A stretch of DNA of 63,902 bases, counting the filler, from Collodictyon triciliatum (lineage: Eukaryota): the NCBI GenBank assembly GCA_043381765.1. It is 9 parts of 9 records of this genome, joined end to end, with 100 filler letters (N's around TTAATTAATTAA, not from the genome) between each part and the next. Parts side by side here need not be neighbours in the genome. Positions count along the whole stretch, not along the records: positions 37,316 to 44,672 come from JBHJMP010003938.1; positions 44,773 to 52,132 come from JBHJMP010003939.1; positions 52,233 to 59,588 come from JBHJMP010003940.1; 6 more parts are not named here. One strand, given 5' to 3'. How positions within the stretch are numbered: the stretch's first letter is position 1; each line of letters begins with the position of its first letter. Below, in pieces: positions 39,954 to 59,688 of the stretch. The notes beneath the pieces are model-generated. The model was not told where the DNA came from, searched no databases, and worked only from the letters and a program-made list of their open reading frames with translations. The position numbers and the translations under genes are program-made.

Positions 39954-40600
39954 CCCTGAAGTTTATTAGGCCTACTCCCCCTTTCTGTTTCTGATTCTTA
40001 TTGTTGCTTGAATCACATCTCAAAGCAGAAGATGGGCTGGCTTCTTTCCTTGGTTTTTTTTTTTTAAAAAAAAAAGAGAAAAAAGAAGAGGAAAGAAAAG
40101 AAAAGAAAAGAACATTAGTACGAACGAACAAGAGCGATGCCCTCTGATAGCAAACCATTAAACATATACTGGGACTCCTAATTACCATAGAACTGGGCAC
40201 ATCCAACCTATCATCTGACCAGCTCACAACCTGCACGTAAACCTTTTTCTCCGATTTACTTGGTCTTATGCTGCATTATAAGACTCTTCCTTTGTTTTCC
40301 TTCTATTTCATCTCCCACCCTCATATCTACTTGGACCTCTCCCTGCGTACCTTTTTTTTTCGAACATTTCTTTACAATTTTCTATATTGTTTGTGAAAAG
40401 AAAAGAATGTTGATGGCCGATTACTCTGTGTTATTCCCCTTATCTACTCATTCTATTTAAATACGAATCCAATACACAAAAACCACCCAACCCGCCGCCG
40501 CTCAATCTGCAGAGATTTAATAAACACGTTGTTGCGCATTTCCTACGAGTCATCCTTCACCTGCCATTCTAGCTGTCTCCTCTCTGTCTGGACGTTCTCT

Positions 40601-40661
<61 letters not shown>

Positions 40662-40990
40662 TTCTGTCGCAAAAGAAATAAACCCCTCCAAAGAACATTA
40701 TGAACGTGATAATGTACACACTTTACACGGAAAAGAGAACGAGTGAAGCTGTATTAAAGTTTAAACTTGCCTCAAAGGTGAAATCAAAAACCTGCATTAT
40801 TGAATACTTCATCAATTTTGCCATTCATATGAACGATTATCGCCCATGTCAGGAGCTGTTTTTTTCTCTTCATATTATTTTTCATTTTTCACTTTGCTCA
40901 TTATATTACAAACCAAGAGTTAAAAATTAGGCGAAAATAAGAGGGAATACTGAATAAATTAGTTTTTTGGAAAAAAAAAGCAAGGTAATT

Positions 40991-43900
40991 TTATCGCTCA
41001 GCGAGCTCAATTGCTGATGTAGAGCGAGAGACACTTCGAATTGCAGACGAAAAAGAGCGAAGTTTTGCCGGTGAAGATGAGACGTCCCAGTATGCCATAA
41101 TCGGGAGCAAAATCATATATACGGCGAATACCACTACCACCATGGTGTTGATTGCTACTACTAGATACATCAACCACATCTGGTCTTCTATCAAATTAGC
41201 AAGCAAGCAACAGAAAAAGGAAAAGTATATCACATAGAGACTCCATATTTCCAAACGATTATCTCGGTGTGAAGCATACGGCTTGTAGCGATATTGAATC
41301 CAGATGGAAGCCTGTTGTATAAATGGGTATGATATTGTCAAATTTTGAAGACGACACAAAAGTATTGAAGAAAGATGAGACAACTATCTATTTGATACAC
41401 GTATTCAAATACCTGGAGCAAGATAAAAAGTAGTAAGTACAGAGTTGCCGGCATGTGGTAGGGGACCATCGAAATAATTAGGCTAAATGCCATCTTTCGG
41501 ATAAGGAGAACAACTTCCCAGTAGATATGGTTCTAACATGACAATTCATAAGAGATTCAATGGAGGGATTTTTTTTTAATGATGAAAAGTAGAATATCAG
41601 CCCCATAAATTAATTATATTTTAAAAAAGTGTTACTGATATGTGCGAGTATTGCGAGGATAATACGATAGTTAATCGATCAATATATTTGCGTGTTTTGG
41701 AATACTTACCTCCGAATAGCTCATGTATAAAAACCCATATTTCAACTGTAAATTAGGGTGCCTGGGATTTTCCTTGATGAGTTTCAAAGTGTGCCAGATG
41801 AACAGCGGGAAACCAATCACGAAAACAAGGGACAGTGTAGCTAAAGATAAAATCTTCTTGTACTCTCCAGAAATAGGATTGCATTCAACCCAAGGACTCG
41901 TATTCAAATACCAGGCGTCAGTGCCCTTGTCATAGAGTGTACAGCCAAGCGCCCCAAAAACATCTCGTGTTACGCGGTAGTAGATTGTGTGTATAAATAT
42001 CAGAGTTATATGAACAGCCTATGCACATTTTTTTTTTAGTGTACTCAATCTAAATAGAGAAGGTTTTACTATAAAGGATATAGAGATAAAAATTGATTTG
42101 CAATCTTGTAGTTTCTAAGCTTATTTCATCTGGAGAGTACCTTTTTCTGAACCCTGTGATTTCCAGTCAGAATCACACATCCCCCAACGAAAAGATAAAT
42201 GGGAAGGGACATCATATTGAACAACAAGGCAGGGAATGCATCTGTCTTTCCTATCACACATGATACGGATGGAAAGTTCAAAGAGCCAACAGAAGAGAAT
42301 ACTTCCAAAAACTTACTGATACCTTCGGTAGAAACGCTATTTGTCGTAATTACCGAAAGAGTTTGCAAGTGAAAAAAAAGTATCTTCAGCTTACCTACAT
42401 AAAGCAAAATATTGCCACAATAATTATTCAGACACATTCATGAAATATATCACGATCTTCAGTACTGACGCCATATTTCTATATATTGAAAAAAATTAAG
42501 GTGAAAGATGCAGTGCAGTAGACACCAGTGATTTGAATTTACCTGATGTGCGGAGAGGAGTATAATAAAGGTACATCAGAAATCCCACAAAAAACATCGG
42601 TGCCAAAATGGATAGAGCTATTATTTCACTTGTTTTACACTCATAGCATCCTTTTGAAAACTTTCCAAACCCAGTTATACATTTTGAACATACTCTGCCT
42701 CCATAACCATGGGTACATGCTTCGATATTTGCATGAGATTGATTATGGCTTCTGTCTATGGTTTGAATACACGCAGAGTAAACAGGACACAAAATGAGAG
42801 CTTCTAAATTGTCGAAGGATGGGGATGCGAAGCAGTTCCTTATAGACCTTCCATCACTGCAATCACAATACCTTGGACATTGTATACATTTGTTGTTTGC
42901 TCCGTAGTAATTGGGGAGGCAGGCGCAATAGTGGTAATCGTAGTATGACCCATCCATGTCTACAGCCGTTTGAATCACTTTATCTTTGGACTCAATCTCT
43001 GGGCATACATACTGGTCGGTTGGTTTTGCTATGAAAAATTTTGTTGTCGGCTCAAAAAAGTCAGGTATATAAGTGTCAGTTCCGTGGTTCATTAATGTAT
43101 TTTGGACCATAAACGACTGCAATCGAACAAAATACTGATATGAATGGGGAATTGAGCCAGCGATTGGGTTGTTTGAGATATCAATCTTGCGCCACTGAAG
43201 TACATTCGTCAGGTTCCCCAGGTGAGTAAGTAAGTTGTTTGACAAGATTATATCCTGTACAGATGACACATAATCGAAAATAAACCAGTTCAGCCCTCCG
43301 GTCAAGCTATTTCCGTCCACCCGGAGAATAGAATAGAAGTAGTCATACACTCCAGTATCTGGGGAAATAAAAAACCCAACGTCCCCTTTGAAACGATTGA
43401 ACCCAAGGTCTATGATTTCGAGGAGAGGGAGATTCCAAAAATATACAGGCAAAAACCCTTCTATGTGGTTCATACGAACGTGAAATTGCTTAAGGTTGGT
43501 CTTATCTTGGTAGCCTTCAGGTACAGTTCCATCGAATCGATTATATGAAAAATCAAGAAAGGAAATCATTGTTATATTTGTCAAGCATGGGAGCGTACCA
43601 TTTAGTAGATTCAAACTGAAGTCCATGTATTCCATGTTTGGGTGAGAATATTCAGGTACCGTTCCACCAAAAAAGTTGTTATGTAAGCTAATCTCTCTTA
43701 AATCCAAAGAATGATTGAGTAAAGGCAATGCACCAGTAATATTATTTGAAAAAAGTCGAAGCCTTTGTAACAACGGCAGTTGAGTGAGTTCTTGCAGCGA
43801 AGTAAACAAGTTCCATGACAAAAACAAATCCTGTAGCACTGGAAGTCCAAGGTCTGGAACAATCCCTATTCATCACAATAAGAAAAAAATTGAGAAAATT

Positions 43901-44334
43901 TCCTGTTGTAATCTCTGTATTAAAAAAATCAAAAAAGTTAGCAATCAGAATTTGAAAAAAAAAAGCGTCATATCCCAGACACTAATTAATCTGTAAAAGT
44001 AAACCAGAGAAGGATTTAAGAGGGTATTACAGCCTTAACATATATAAGAGTAGGTATTGCAACCTCCAAATTTGTTGCCAGCCAAGTTGAGTTCTCTAAG
44101 TGCCGGTGTCGCCAGAAACAATGGAAAAGTTCCTATTTATATTTGATGTCCGCTTTTATTTTCCTCAGAAAGAATAGCGTGCGAGTAAAATAATTTCTTA
44201 AACAACGTTTTTACAAGGAAAATTATAGGAAAAGATAAATGAGAAATGTATAATCTAATAGAAACCTGAAAATGCATTGTTATAAAGCCTTAAAGTTTCC
44301 AAATAAGCGTGGTGTTGCATAGGAGTAAACGGCC
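40991..44334 (-). CDS. LRR + Cys-rich + multi-pass transmembrane receptor-like protein, 5'-truncated
   Basis: LRRs, then CACLPNYYG...CIQCP...CTHGYGGRVCSKCITGF. The TM region has LKILFFHLQTL, YLNTSPWVEC, YGFLYMSY, YWEVVLLIRK and KPYASHRDNRLEIWSL. The 5' exons 44266-44334 and 44064-44132 are each 69 nt, phase 1. Confidence 0.85.
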
Positions 44335-44772
44335 CTAATGTAGAAATATATATTGACCATTGCTGGACGAAAGGATAAAAAAATAAAAATAAAATACAGT
44401 AACATGAAGAGAATCAAAAAAAAATTTTTAAAACATATAAGGACCCTTCCTTCCCTTGAATCGAACAAAGGGGGAAAATTAAAATATATAAGGACAATAG
44501 GACAAAATGCTAAATATATATAATATAAAAAAATACAATCCCCTCCCCCTCCCCACCAGTTCTCATTCCCATTCGATTCGATTCGATTCGATTCGAAGAA
44601 AAGAAAAGAAAAGAAAAGAAAAGAAAAGAAAAGAAAAGAAAAGAAAAGAGAAGAGAAGAAAAGGAAAAGAAANNNNNNNNNNNNNNNNNNNNNNNNNNNN
44701 NNNNNNNNNNNNNNNNTTAATTAATTAANNNNNNNNNNNNNNNNNNNNNNNNNNNNNNNNNNNNNNNNNNNN

Positions 44773-44804
<32 letters not shown>

Positions 44805-45090
44805 AAAAGAAAAAGAAAAAGAAGAAAAAGAAAAAGAAAAAAGGAAGAAAAAAAAGAAAAAAAAAGAAAAAAGAAAAAAGAAAAAAGAAAAAAAGAAAAA
44901 AGAAAAAAAGAAAAAAGAAAAAAAGAAAAAAGAAAAAAGAAAAAAGAAAAAAAGAAAAGAAAGAAAAAAGGGGACCCAAGAATAGACGCAAGCCAAACAT
45001 GAACCCAACACAATTGCATTCTAATCGTTTCCCTACTGTGACACAGACATCTCGCTGTCCCACACGCCGTTCAAGCCTGATCCACAGGCG

Positions 45091-51624
<6,534 letters not shown>

Positions 51625-51829
51625 CCCAGAGCAGGCACAAATGGATGCAGACACGAATAAGAAACACACCAAAGCAGAATGAACAAATCAAAACAAATCA
51701 AAACATATCAAAACATTAATAAAAACAACAGGAAAAAAAAAAGACAAAAAAAAGGAACAAAACATCAGCAGCGACTTACCTTGTTTCGCTCATGAGGCGC
51801 ACAGTGTCGATAAAGAAGGTCGAGAAAGA

Positions 51830-51943
51830 ATGGGCGACAATGTGGCAAACGAGGCAGCCAAAACAGCTCAGGCATTAGAGACGACTCAGACACCCACGAC
51901 AGCGCCTCAGAAGACTGTCCGCCCGCGTTGGAGAGGAAACATG
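51830..51943 (+). CDS. Possible first exon of an unidentified gene
   Basis: ATG-initiated MGDNVANEAAKTAQ...RWRGNM followed by a GTGAGT donor and an (AAAAGAGTA)n repeat to the contig end. Confidence 0.3.
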
Positions 51944-52232
51944 GTGAGTCCGCTTTCTTGTCAAAGTAAAAAGAGTAAAAAGAGTAAAAAGAGTAAAAAG
52001 AGTAAAAAAGAGTAAAAAGAGTAAAAAGAGTAAAAAAGAGTAAAAAGAGTAAAAAGAGTAAAAAGAGTAAAAAGAGTAAAAAGAGTAAAAAGAGTAAAAA
52101 GAGTAAAAAGAGTAAAAAGAGTAAAAAGAGTANNNNNNNNNNNNNNNNNNNNNNNNNNNNNNNNNNNNNNNNNNNNTTAATTAATTAANNNNNNNNNNNN
52201 NNNNNNNNNNNNNNNNNNNNNNNNNNNNNNNN

Positions 52233-52265
<33 letters not shown>

Positions 52266-52350
52266 TTTTTTTGTTTTTTTGTTTTTTTGTTTTTTTGTTT
52301 TTTTGTTTTTTTGTTTTTTTGTTTTTTTCTTTCTTTTTTTGGCCGCTTAC

Positions 52351-52464
52351 CGAGCCATCGGCCTGCTTCTCCTCACGCCATTTCTTTCCGTCAGCTGTGG
52401 TGATCACCGTCTCCTGAATCTTCAGCCCCTCCTTCTTGCGACGCAACTCCTCCAGAAAAGACAT
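52351..52464 (-). CDS. First exon of a gene cut by the contig end; weakly reminiscent of the DUSP19-type phosphatase N-terminus
   Basis: MSFLEELRRKKEGLKIQETVITTADGKKWREEKQADGS followed by a GTAAGC donor. The product guess is from remembered similarity only. Confidence 0.4.
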
Positions 52465-52688
52465 TCTTGTTTTCGTGCGCGTCTCTTTGCGTGTGTTAAT
52501 GCTTCAGCAATCGCTCATCAAATAAAAGGGGCAAAAGGAGGAAAATATATATATATATATATATATACCTATACTTATATACTTATATTCATATGCTTTA
52601 GGGAATCGCTTGCATCCAGTTTAATATTCCGCTGCTTCACCGAATCGCATCCCGTCACAAACTTTGCAGCTGTCTGATCGCGGCTGTC

Positions 52689-55600
52689 ATGAGCCTAATC
52701 AACCCAGGTTTGCAATATAAAGCGGAGTCAATCCCAACACGCGTGTCGAGACAAATGCAAAAGCGCTCTCTCTGTGGATATAACTATGATGTCTTATGTA
52801 TGTGAGTTTGCATGTGGTGCTGTTTTGTGGGCCTGCTACTCACAAGAAGGCCTTTCAAGTCTCCATTCTGCGGATCGGCCGATATCTCACCCAAGCGTGC
52901 GTGGACTATGAAAAGGTTCTTCTTATTGGCCTTCCTTGCCACTCTTCGTGTCGTGATGGCCTTTTTTTTCAAAGTCCTGCATATCTGCAAATATATATAT
53001 AAAAAAAAAGCGATAAGGCAGTCATTCTACATGCGACCGTCGCTTGTTTATGATAGTAATGTCGCTGAAACGGTGGATTAGTGTGTGTCCAAAAGAGCTA
53101 CAGGTGAAGACGGAGAGAATGAGGAGCTTATCGAAAGAGTGGAGGATGTCGCAAGGATTGAAGCAGATGATATGTTGGTAGAGTTCGGCTGTGAAGATAA
53201 TGCATCGGATCCAAAAGGTATTTGATTGGTTAATATACAGTTATCGCCTTGTCGACCTTCCTCTTCCTCTTCCTCTTCCTCTTCCTCTTCCTCTTCCTCT
53301 TCCTCTTCCTGTTATCACCTCACTCGTAGAATTAATTTAAGATTTTTTGAACCTACGGATTAATCCTGAAAAAAAAGAGGCTCTTTGAAGGTTCCTCTAG
53401 TATTCGTGTCAATACACCAAAATGAAAAATATATAAAAAAACGACTATAATTATGGATGATGGAAATTATCAAAGTTTTTGTTTGAGCATTATCCCACTT
53501 TTTAGATATGTAACTACATGAAACTTTGACACAATATAGTATTTATCTCGAAATATCCCAGGATATATCAAATCAGCGAGCATACTTTGGGATTTATCAT
53601 CTTCTGCAGACATCACGGAATTTCTAGGAAGCCACTCTACCCATGTGTTACTTTTAAAATTACTCCACATATCCCTATGCAAAGGTATGTTCTATTGGTT
53701 TCTCCTACACGACGACAATAGTAGTAATAATAATAAAAGAAAATGGTGAGTGGAGGTATGCCCATTGGCTTTTTGTTGCGCACGATTCAGTTACACCATC
53801 TTCCTTTTTTAACTTTTTTTATAACAAAAAAATCAGAAAATTGTGATGAAGCACCAGACTTAGCTTCTCTTCAATCGGATAGGATGATGGAAGTCACACT
53901 AGGCGCTTTGGGAAATCTTTGCATTGACGAACAAGTTTGCAAGAATGTAATTTTTTTTCATCATCTTCATTTGAATATAACAGTATTGTCCAGAATGAAA
54001 TACTTTTCTCACAACAATTACCCGAATATGTTTCATGTTATCCATTTTTTAACTCTTTTTAGATTTTGGACTTTGGTTTCCTTTCTTTGGCTGAGCAAAT
54101 CATTCATGAAGTAAATGACATCCAATCGCTCATGGAACTGATAAGGTATGTACAATATTCAATCGTTTCACTTTTATATCGGATATTTTGAACTAGTTTC
54201 AACCAACATTTCCTTACAGGATCTTTGAGACATGCTTGTCGCATGGTACACCCAGTTTGCTCAAATTCTTTCAAGTTTGCGACCGTTGAATTCATATTTT
54301 GTGCTATCGTTCATTTTCACAACTTATTGATACTGAAATAGAACCATTTAACTACAGCAACCTCATGTTCTAGGAAGAATTTTGCTTATTTTCAATTGCG
54401 TCAGAAGAGTTGATCTGAAGGAAAAGGTAGGAATTGCATTAAAGGATTTAAATTAATGTCATTTTTAAGGGTCAACAGTAATAGACCCCTTTTCATCATT
54501 TCAAAACTGTCGTTAGATCTTATCTTTGACCTTGTTCTTACTGAGGACACCTTTGAAGGCATCCTTTCATTCTATAATGCTGGAATATGACTTTTACCAA
54601 AATGTTACTGACACGATTAAAGAAAATCTGAGCCCACTTAAGTAAATATGAAGCTCGCTTGATAGATAATCTGATGGAATGGACGGCATGTCATCAAATA
54701 TTTGAATATTCATTAAAAAAAATTTTGGAAATCATAATTGAGCTGACTAATCTACAAACGCAGAGATAATATTGTGGATTTGTGCATTATTCTGCTAGAA
54801 AATATCGCATTTCTCGAAAATCCGTCGCCAGTATGGAAAATCAAAGGATTAGTACGTATCCTAATTCTGAATATAACATATGGCAATCTAGAAAATGACA
54901 AATCTGAAATAGCGAAGGAATATTGATATGTATTATTTAAACACGGAAAGGTTAAATGCATAAGAAAAGTTCTAGATTCAGAAGAATCCCCAAATATCAA
55001 ACAATCCAGTAGGGCAGTTCTCTCCCCGCTTTCTTTCTATCTTTGATTATATTCACCAACAACTTCCCATTTCCATTCAGCATAATTGAACATTGTTAGT
55101 CAAATAGACTGACGTTTCTTATTCATAGTCGTTTCCTTCATATCAATCATGCTTCAACAAAGCCCTGATATCCTTGCATCCAGGATGCTCTATGCTGCTC
55201 TAGGTATTTTTTATTTCAAAATGGATTTCTTTGGTATACCCTCCTGTTCACTTTGCCCACACAATGGATGCTCTGTGCTCACAGACATAAATTTACAAAG
55301 GGCAATCCATCAGTTCCATACTGGCTCTACTTCCGCGTATTGGCGAATCTCTTGATATGCTTCCTTTCTTCATAGATGTAGCTCATATAGCAAAGGGTAT
55401 AGTCGAGGTAAAGATTGTCTTGCGTGTGAAGTCATACAATACATCATTACATTATGACCTAGGTTGGTGACGAATCTTATAAAAGAGAGACGGAGGGTTT
55501 CGGTTCGGCGGGTGTTAAGAAAGGATGCAACATCGACAAGGAAAAGCTGCTCCTCGTTCTCAAGGTGCTTTGTTTTGATGCCCAGTGGTCCGTGAAATGA
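52689..55600 (+). CDS. SAAL1-like ARM-fold protein, multi-exon
   Basis: Exons give ILWDLSSSADITEFL, DRMMEVTLGALGNLCIDEQVC and NDIQSLMELIR, in the order of the SAAL1 family WDMS / RLxEIxVGILGNMAC / DxxTLxE motifs. The last exon ends ...KEKLLLVLKVLCFDAQWSVK* (TGA 55598-55600). The start is uncertain. Confidence 0.55.
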
Positions 55601-55965
55601 GATGTTTTTTGTTTTTATATTTTTATTTGAAATAGCGACTTAATCATAGTGCCTTGATTGTTTTTTGTTTTTTGTTTTTTGTTTTCTATTAGCAAAACGA
55701 TGTCGGCTGAGCTTTGTGTCATTTTGTTGCACAGGACATCGAGTCGTTGCCTCTATCCCACAAGCAGATCTTGCAAGAGCACACTTGTTTTATCAAAAGA
55801 ATATGCCATGAATCATAGAGCCGGCTCGTTGGTTGTGATGGCGAATATAAAGGATGCAGAGTATGAAAAAGCATGAAAAAGTAAAAAGAAAAAATACGAA
55901 AGGAGCAGGCAGCAATAGAGTATATGGATTATATACCATGCGATTACCAAAATCCACAGGTGAGT

Positions 55966-56037
55966 GGCTTAATAGTCTAGTGGTATGATTCTCGCTTTGG
56001 GTGCGAGAGGTCCCGGGTTCAATTCCCGGTTGAGCCC
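55966..56037 (+). tRNA. tRNA-Pro(UGG)
   Basis: GGCTTAA/TTGAGCC acceptor stem, CTCGC-TTTGGGT-GCGAG anticodon arm, GGTTCAATTCC B box, T5 terminator ~8 nt downstream. Confidence 0.96.
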
Positions 56038-56273
56038 ACATACTTTTTGCTCTCTCCGCTCTCATGTCCACAAACCCTCTTTTTGCGCCTTTCGAGTCCT
56101 GTTTTATTGAGCCGTCCGCAAAATGCTTTTATGCAACTTGCTGAGCGACCTTTCTGTTACTCGTATGCATTTTCCTTTGATTTTTTAATCGCTTTATGTG
56201 ATAAAGTCCATCTCCTAAATCGCTTGTTGTGACACCATCCTTTGTTGTTCTCCCTTGTATTTCACCCACACAC

Positions 56274-56990
56274 CTAGTCTAGCTCCGGCCTCTCTCCTCC
56301 GGGCTCACACATAAAGCTTTCGAGTGTTATGATTCGGTTGCAACCAATGTCCAAGTATCTGAGGTTTGAAAGAGAGAGTATGCTCTTGGGTAAGCTCCTT
56401 AGTCTATTCCATGACAGGTCGAGCTCTTCCAGGCACCGCATCTCTGTAACCACCTCTGGTAAGAATGAGAACCGACAACGGCTCAAGCAAATACAAGAAA
56501 GATTCGAAAGGGAAGACATTTCTTGTGGAAGATGGGACAAAGGATTGGAAGCTACATTAAGATCTTGCAGATTGTAGAATAAAGATATTTGAGATGGCAG
56601 CGCAGATATGTTGTTGGATGCCAGACTCAATTGGCAAAGATTACTGAGCTTGTAAAGTCCATCTGGGATGGAGATAGGTTCCTATTGCACAACATCATGA
56701 CCAGCCATGTATTCACCTCGTGTGCATTTGGACTCCACATTGGATGTATCACCATTTCCTCCTAATATAACATTATTAGGATTGCATGTTGTATCAATTG
56801 CTTCCTTCGCCACCTTCGTGCTCTTGTTACTCAGACCGCCTGGGAAGAGACATGGGGAATGAGATGTGAAAAAGACTGAATCTCTTCGCCTCTCATCCAA
56901 TCGCAAGACCCAGGTAATTGGGCAAGCAACATTGTGTGATTTCTGATTAGAAAAAGACAACTGCTCCGCATATCGGCCAACAGAGACCAT
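56274..56990 (-). CDS. Short LRR protein gene or LRR pseudogene (~6 repeats)
   Basis: IPDGLYKLSNLCQLSLASNNISALPSQISLFYNLQDLNVASNPL...LRYLDIGCNRI. The 5' exon structure is uncertain and the protein ends abruptly. Confidence 0.6.
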
Positions 56991-57566
56991 GCTAACGAAG
57001 GTGGGCGAAAATGACCGTGAAACATATTAATAGTCTGGAAAACATAAATAAGCTGAATTTACTGAATTCGTAAAAACAAAATATGGTGTGGTATCATACT
57101 TGATTCGTGGATATTTCAAAGCTCAAATAGAAATTGGAAATTTTGCATTAGATGCCGGCACCATGCTGCTTTAAAAAGTGGTATGAGATGTTGGATGCAT
57201 GCTTCAAATGAATCATATTAACGCCAGTAAATGCATACAATAATGCTAACAGAGTTGGTTTCAGGCTTCCTGATGACACAAAATGTTTCGTCACTATAAT
57301 CTTGGAGTTGATGGACTGCATATGAAAGTTGGATTTGGGATTAATTCTATTTTTAAGGTTTATACAACAGCACCGTTTTTCTCACCCAAATACTGCCAGT
57401 GTATCTTAAGAGCCCGCCAGTTCAACATGCCAGAGCTTCGAGGGTTGTTCTAGAAAACTTTATTGTTAAAGTTCAGGGGAGATAAAAGTGTATGCCCACA
57501 TCTTGGCGCATACAAAACGACGCAGAGACGAGAGGAAGCCTTGTCACTCAGAAAAAAAGTAGTGTC

Positions 57567-57639
57567 TGCCGAAACTCGGGATCGAACCAAGGACATCAAG
57601 ATCTTCAGTCTTACGCTCTTCCAACTGAGCTATTTCGGC
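57567..57639 (-). tRNA. tRNA-Phe(GAA)
   Basis: Reverse complement GCCGAAATAGCTCAGTTGGAAGAGCGTAAGACTGAAGATCTTGATGTCCTTGGTTCGATCCCGAGTTTCGGCA; T7 terminator downstream (A-run 57552-57558). Confidence 0.96.
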
Positions 57640-58913
57640 TTCTTCTTGACATAATTTGTATAGTAGGGTATATAAACTATATTTTGGTTTTTGGTTTGTT
57701 TTTCCTTATGTTTTTTTTATCAACCAGCGCTGGCTGACGACAAGAAAGAGCGGGAAACTTCCGTTTGAATCAGTGGTGATATTTTCATGTTTTATTTGAT
57801 ATTGCGCCAGTTAATGCAGCATCTTTAGTCCTGCAGGATGTGTACTGTAGAACGCATTCACCAGTTTTGGGTTGCAAAGGACGCACACAGTCGCATCTTT
57901 GGTTGTGATATATTTATTTATATTTGTATAAACTAAAAATTATGAAAGCTTTTTTGTATTACAACATCTTTCGTATTGGTATCACTTCCTTTTGTGGTGT
58001 ATTTATGTTATTTTGTGAATGGGTAAATCAGTTGAAGAAGGAACTTTGTGGGTTGGTGTCGCGGTGGATGTTTGTATTGGATTCATGCACACCACTTCAC
58101 AAACTCGCAAGGCACTAGCATGCAATATTATTTCGAATAAACTTTTGACACGAGTGCGCTCATTTCAAGTGTTTTGCATCTTCCATCTGCACCCGCTCCA
58201 TCTTCATACATGGTGCACATGAATTTCAAGTGCTTATCGGCATTTATCACTACATTGTTGTCTCCTTGCTGTTCATTGAAGCATCTTTTGGAGTCATCTG
58301 AATCTCACAAGAACGAAATACTTGGCATATAATAAAGTGCGCATTCCAATAGATTCTCAAATAGCTGTTCTGCAGCGATTTAATGCAACGCCACAGAAGG
58401 AAAACGAATTATTTGGCACCGGTCAACTTTTCACTTTTCTTTTTATATCAGGAAATTGTAATTAAAGGATTGAGCCAAGAAAATCTTCCCATCCTTTAAG
58501 AAGATAAGAGTAATTTGCATTAATCATTTATTCATCCATTATAAATTTTTCATAATATATATCTAAGTTGCGAATAAATTCATTCTCACTTATAAGCATT
58601 TATGTTTTTATATTGTTTTTCTTACTCATACGGCCGTATTTTCCATGACTTGTCATCGGGCTCTCAATCACGCCAAAATTACGCCCGACTGAAAAATCCC
58701 CAAGCTTAATTTTCATCTTTCTATCAGATAGCATGTTCGAAGAGACCAAAGAGCCTCAGGTAATGCGTGATACCGCTCTACTTCATTTATGTCGAGCCAT
58801 AACAAACATTACAAAATTGGGAGAGCTGCTACTCCCTCGATGATATTCGCCAATAAATTTCCAATGTATATTAAAGGTTATTAGTCGTGTGCACTAAAAT
58901 TTTCCTTATCAAA

Positions 58914-59588
58914 GTTGTTTCCTTCATATCAATCATGCCTCAACAAAGCCCTGATATCGTCGCATCCAGGATGCTCTATGCTGCTCTAGGTATTTTTTTT
59001 ATTTCAATACAGATTTCCTTGTTATACCTTCCTGTTCACTATATCCACACAATGATGCTCAACCCCGCGCTCAGATTTCACACGCCATTCACCAGCTATA
59101 TCGACTTTACTTATGTGCAATGGCTAATCTTGTGCACTTATTATTTTAACTACTATTGGCCCAAGTGAAGGAAACCATGAAGCCGCGCAACATTTTATAT
59201 CTGGAGTTGTGTGATAAACTCCGTCTTTATTTTTTGGGGTTGGTGACAAATCCTATAAAAGAGAGACGGAGGGTTTCGGTTTGGTGGGTGTTAAGAAAGG
59301 ATGCAACATCGACAAGGAAAAGCTGCTCCTCGTTCTCAAGGTGCTTTGTTTTGATGCCCAGTGGTCCGTAAAATGAGATGTTTTTTGTTTTTATATTTTT
59401 ATATTTTTATTTGAAATAGCAACTTAAGCATAGTGCCTTGATTGTTTTTTGTTGATTGTTTTTTTGTTTTTTTGTTTTTTGTTTTCTATTAGCAAAACGA
59501 TGTCGGCTGAGCTTTGTGTCATTTTGTTGCACAGGACATCGAGTCGTTGCCTCTATCCCACAAGCAGATCTTGCAAGAGCACACTTGT
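58914..59588 (+). pseudogene. Partial duplicate of the 3' end and downstream flank of the SAAL1-like gene
   Basis: 58914-59040 matches 55128-55255 and 59239-59588 matches 55462-55787. The AG acceptor of the last exon (ctag|gttggtgac) is replaced by tggggttggtgac, and the middle segment is unrelated. Confidence 0.8.
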
Positions 59589-59688
59589 NNNNNNNNNNNN
59601 NNNNNNNNNNNNNNNNNNNNNNNNNNNNNNNNTTAATTAATTAANNNNNNNNNNNNNNNNNNNNNNNNNNNNNNNNNNNNNNNNNNNN

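Noticed and set aside
55128-59588. LTR retrotransposon bounded by the two direct repeats
   Set aside because: The repeats are gene exons and flank, I see no TG...CA termini, and the interior has no gag/pol.
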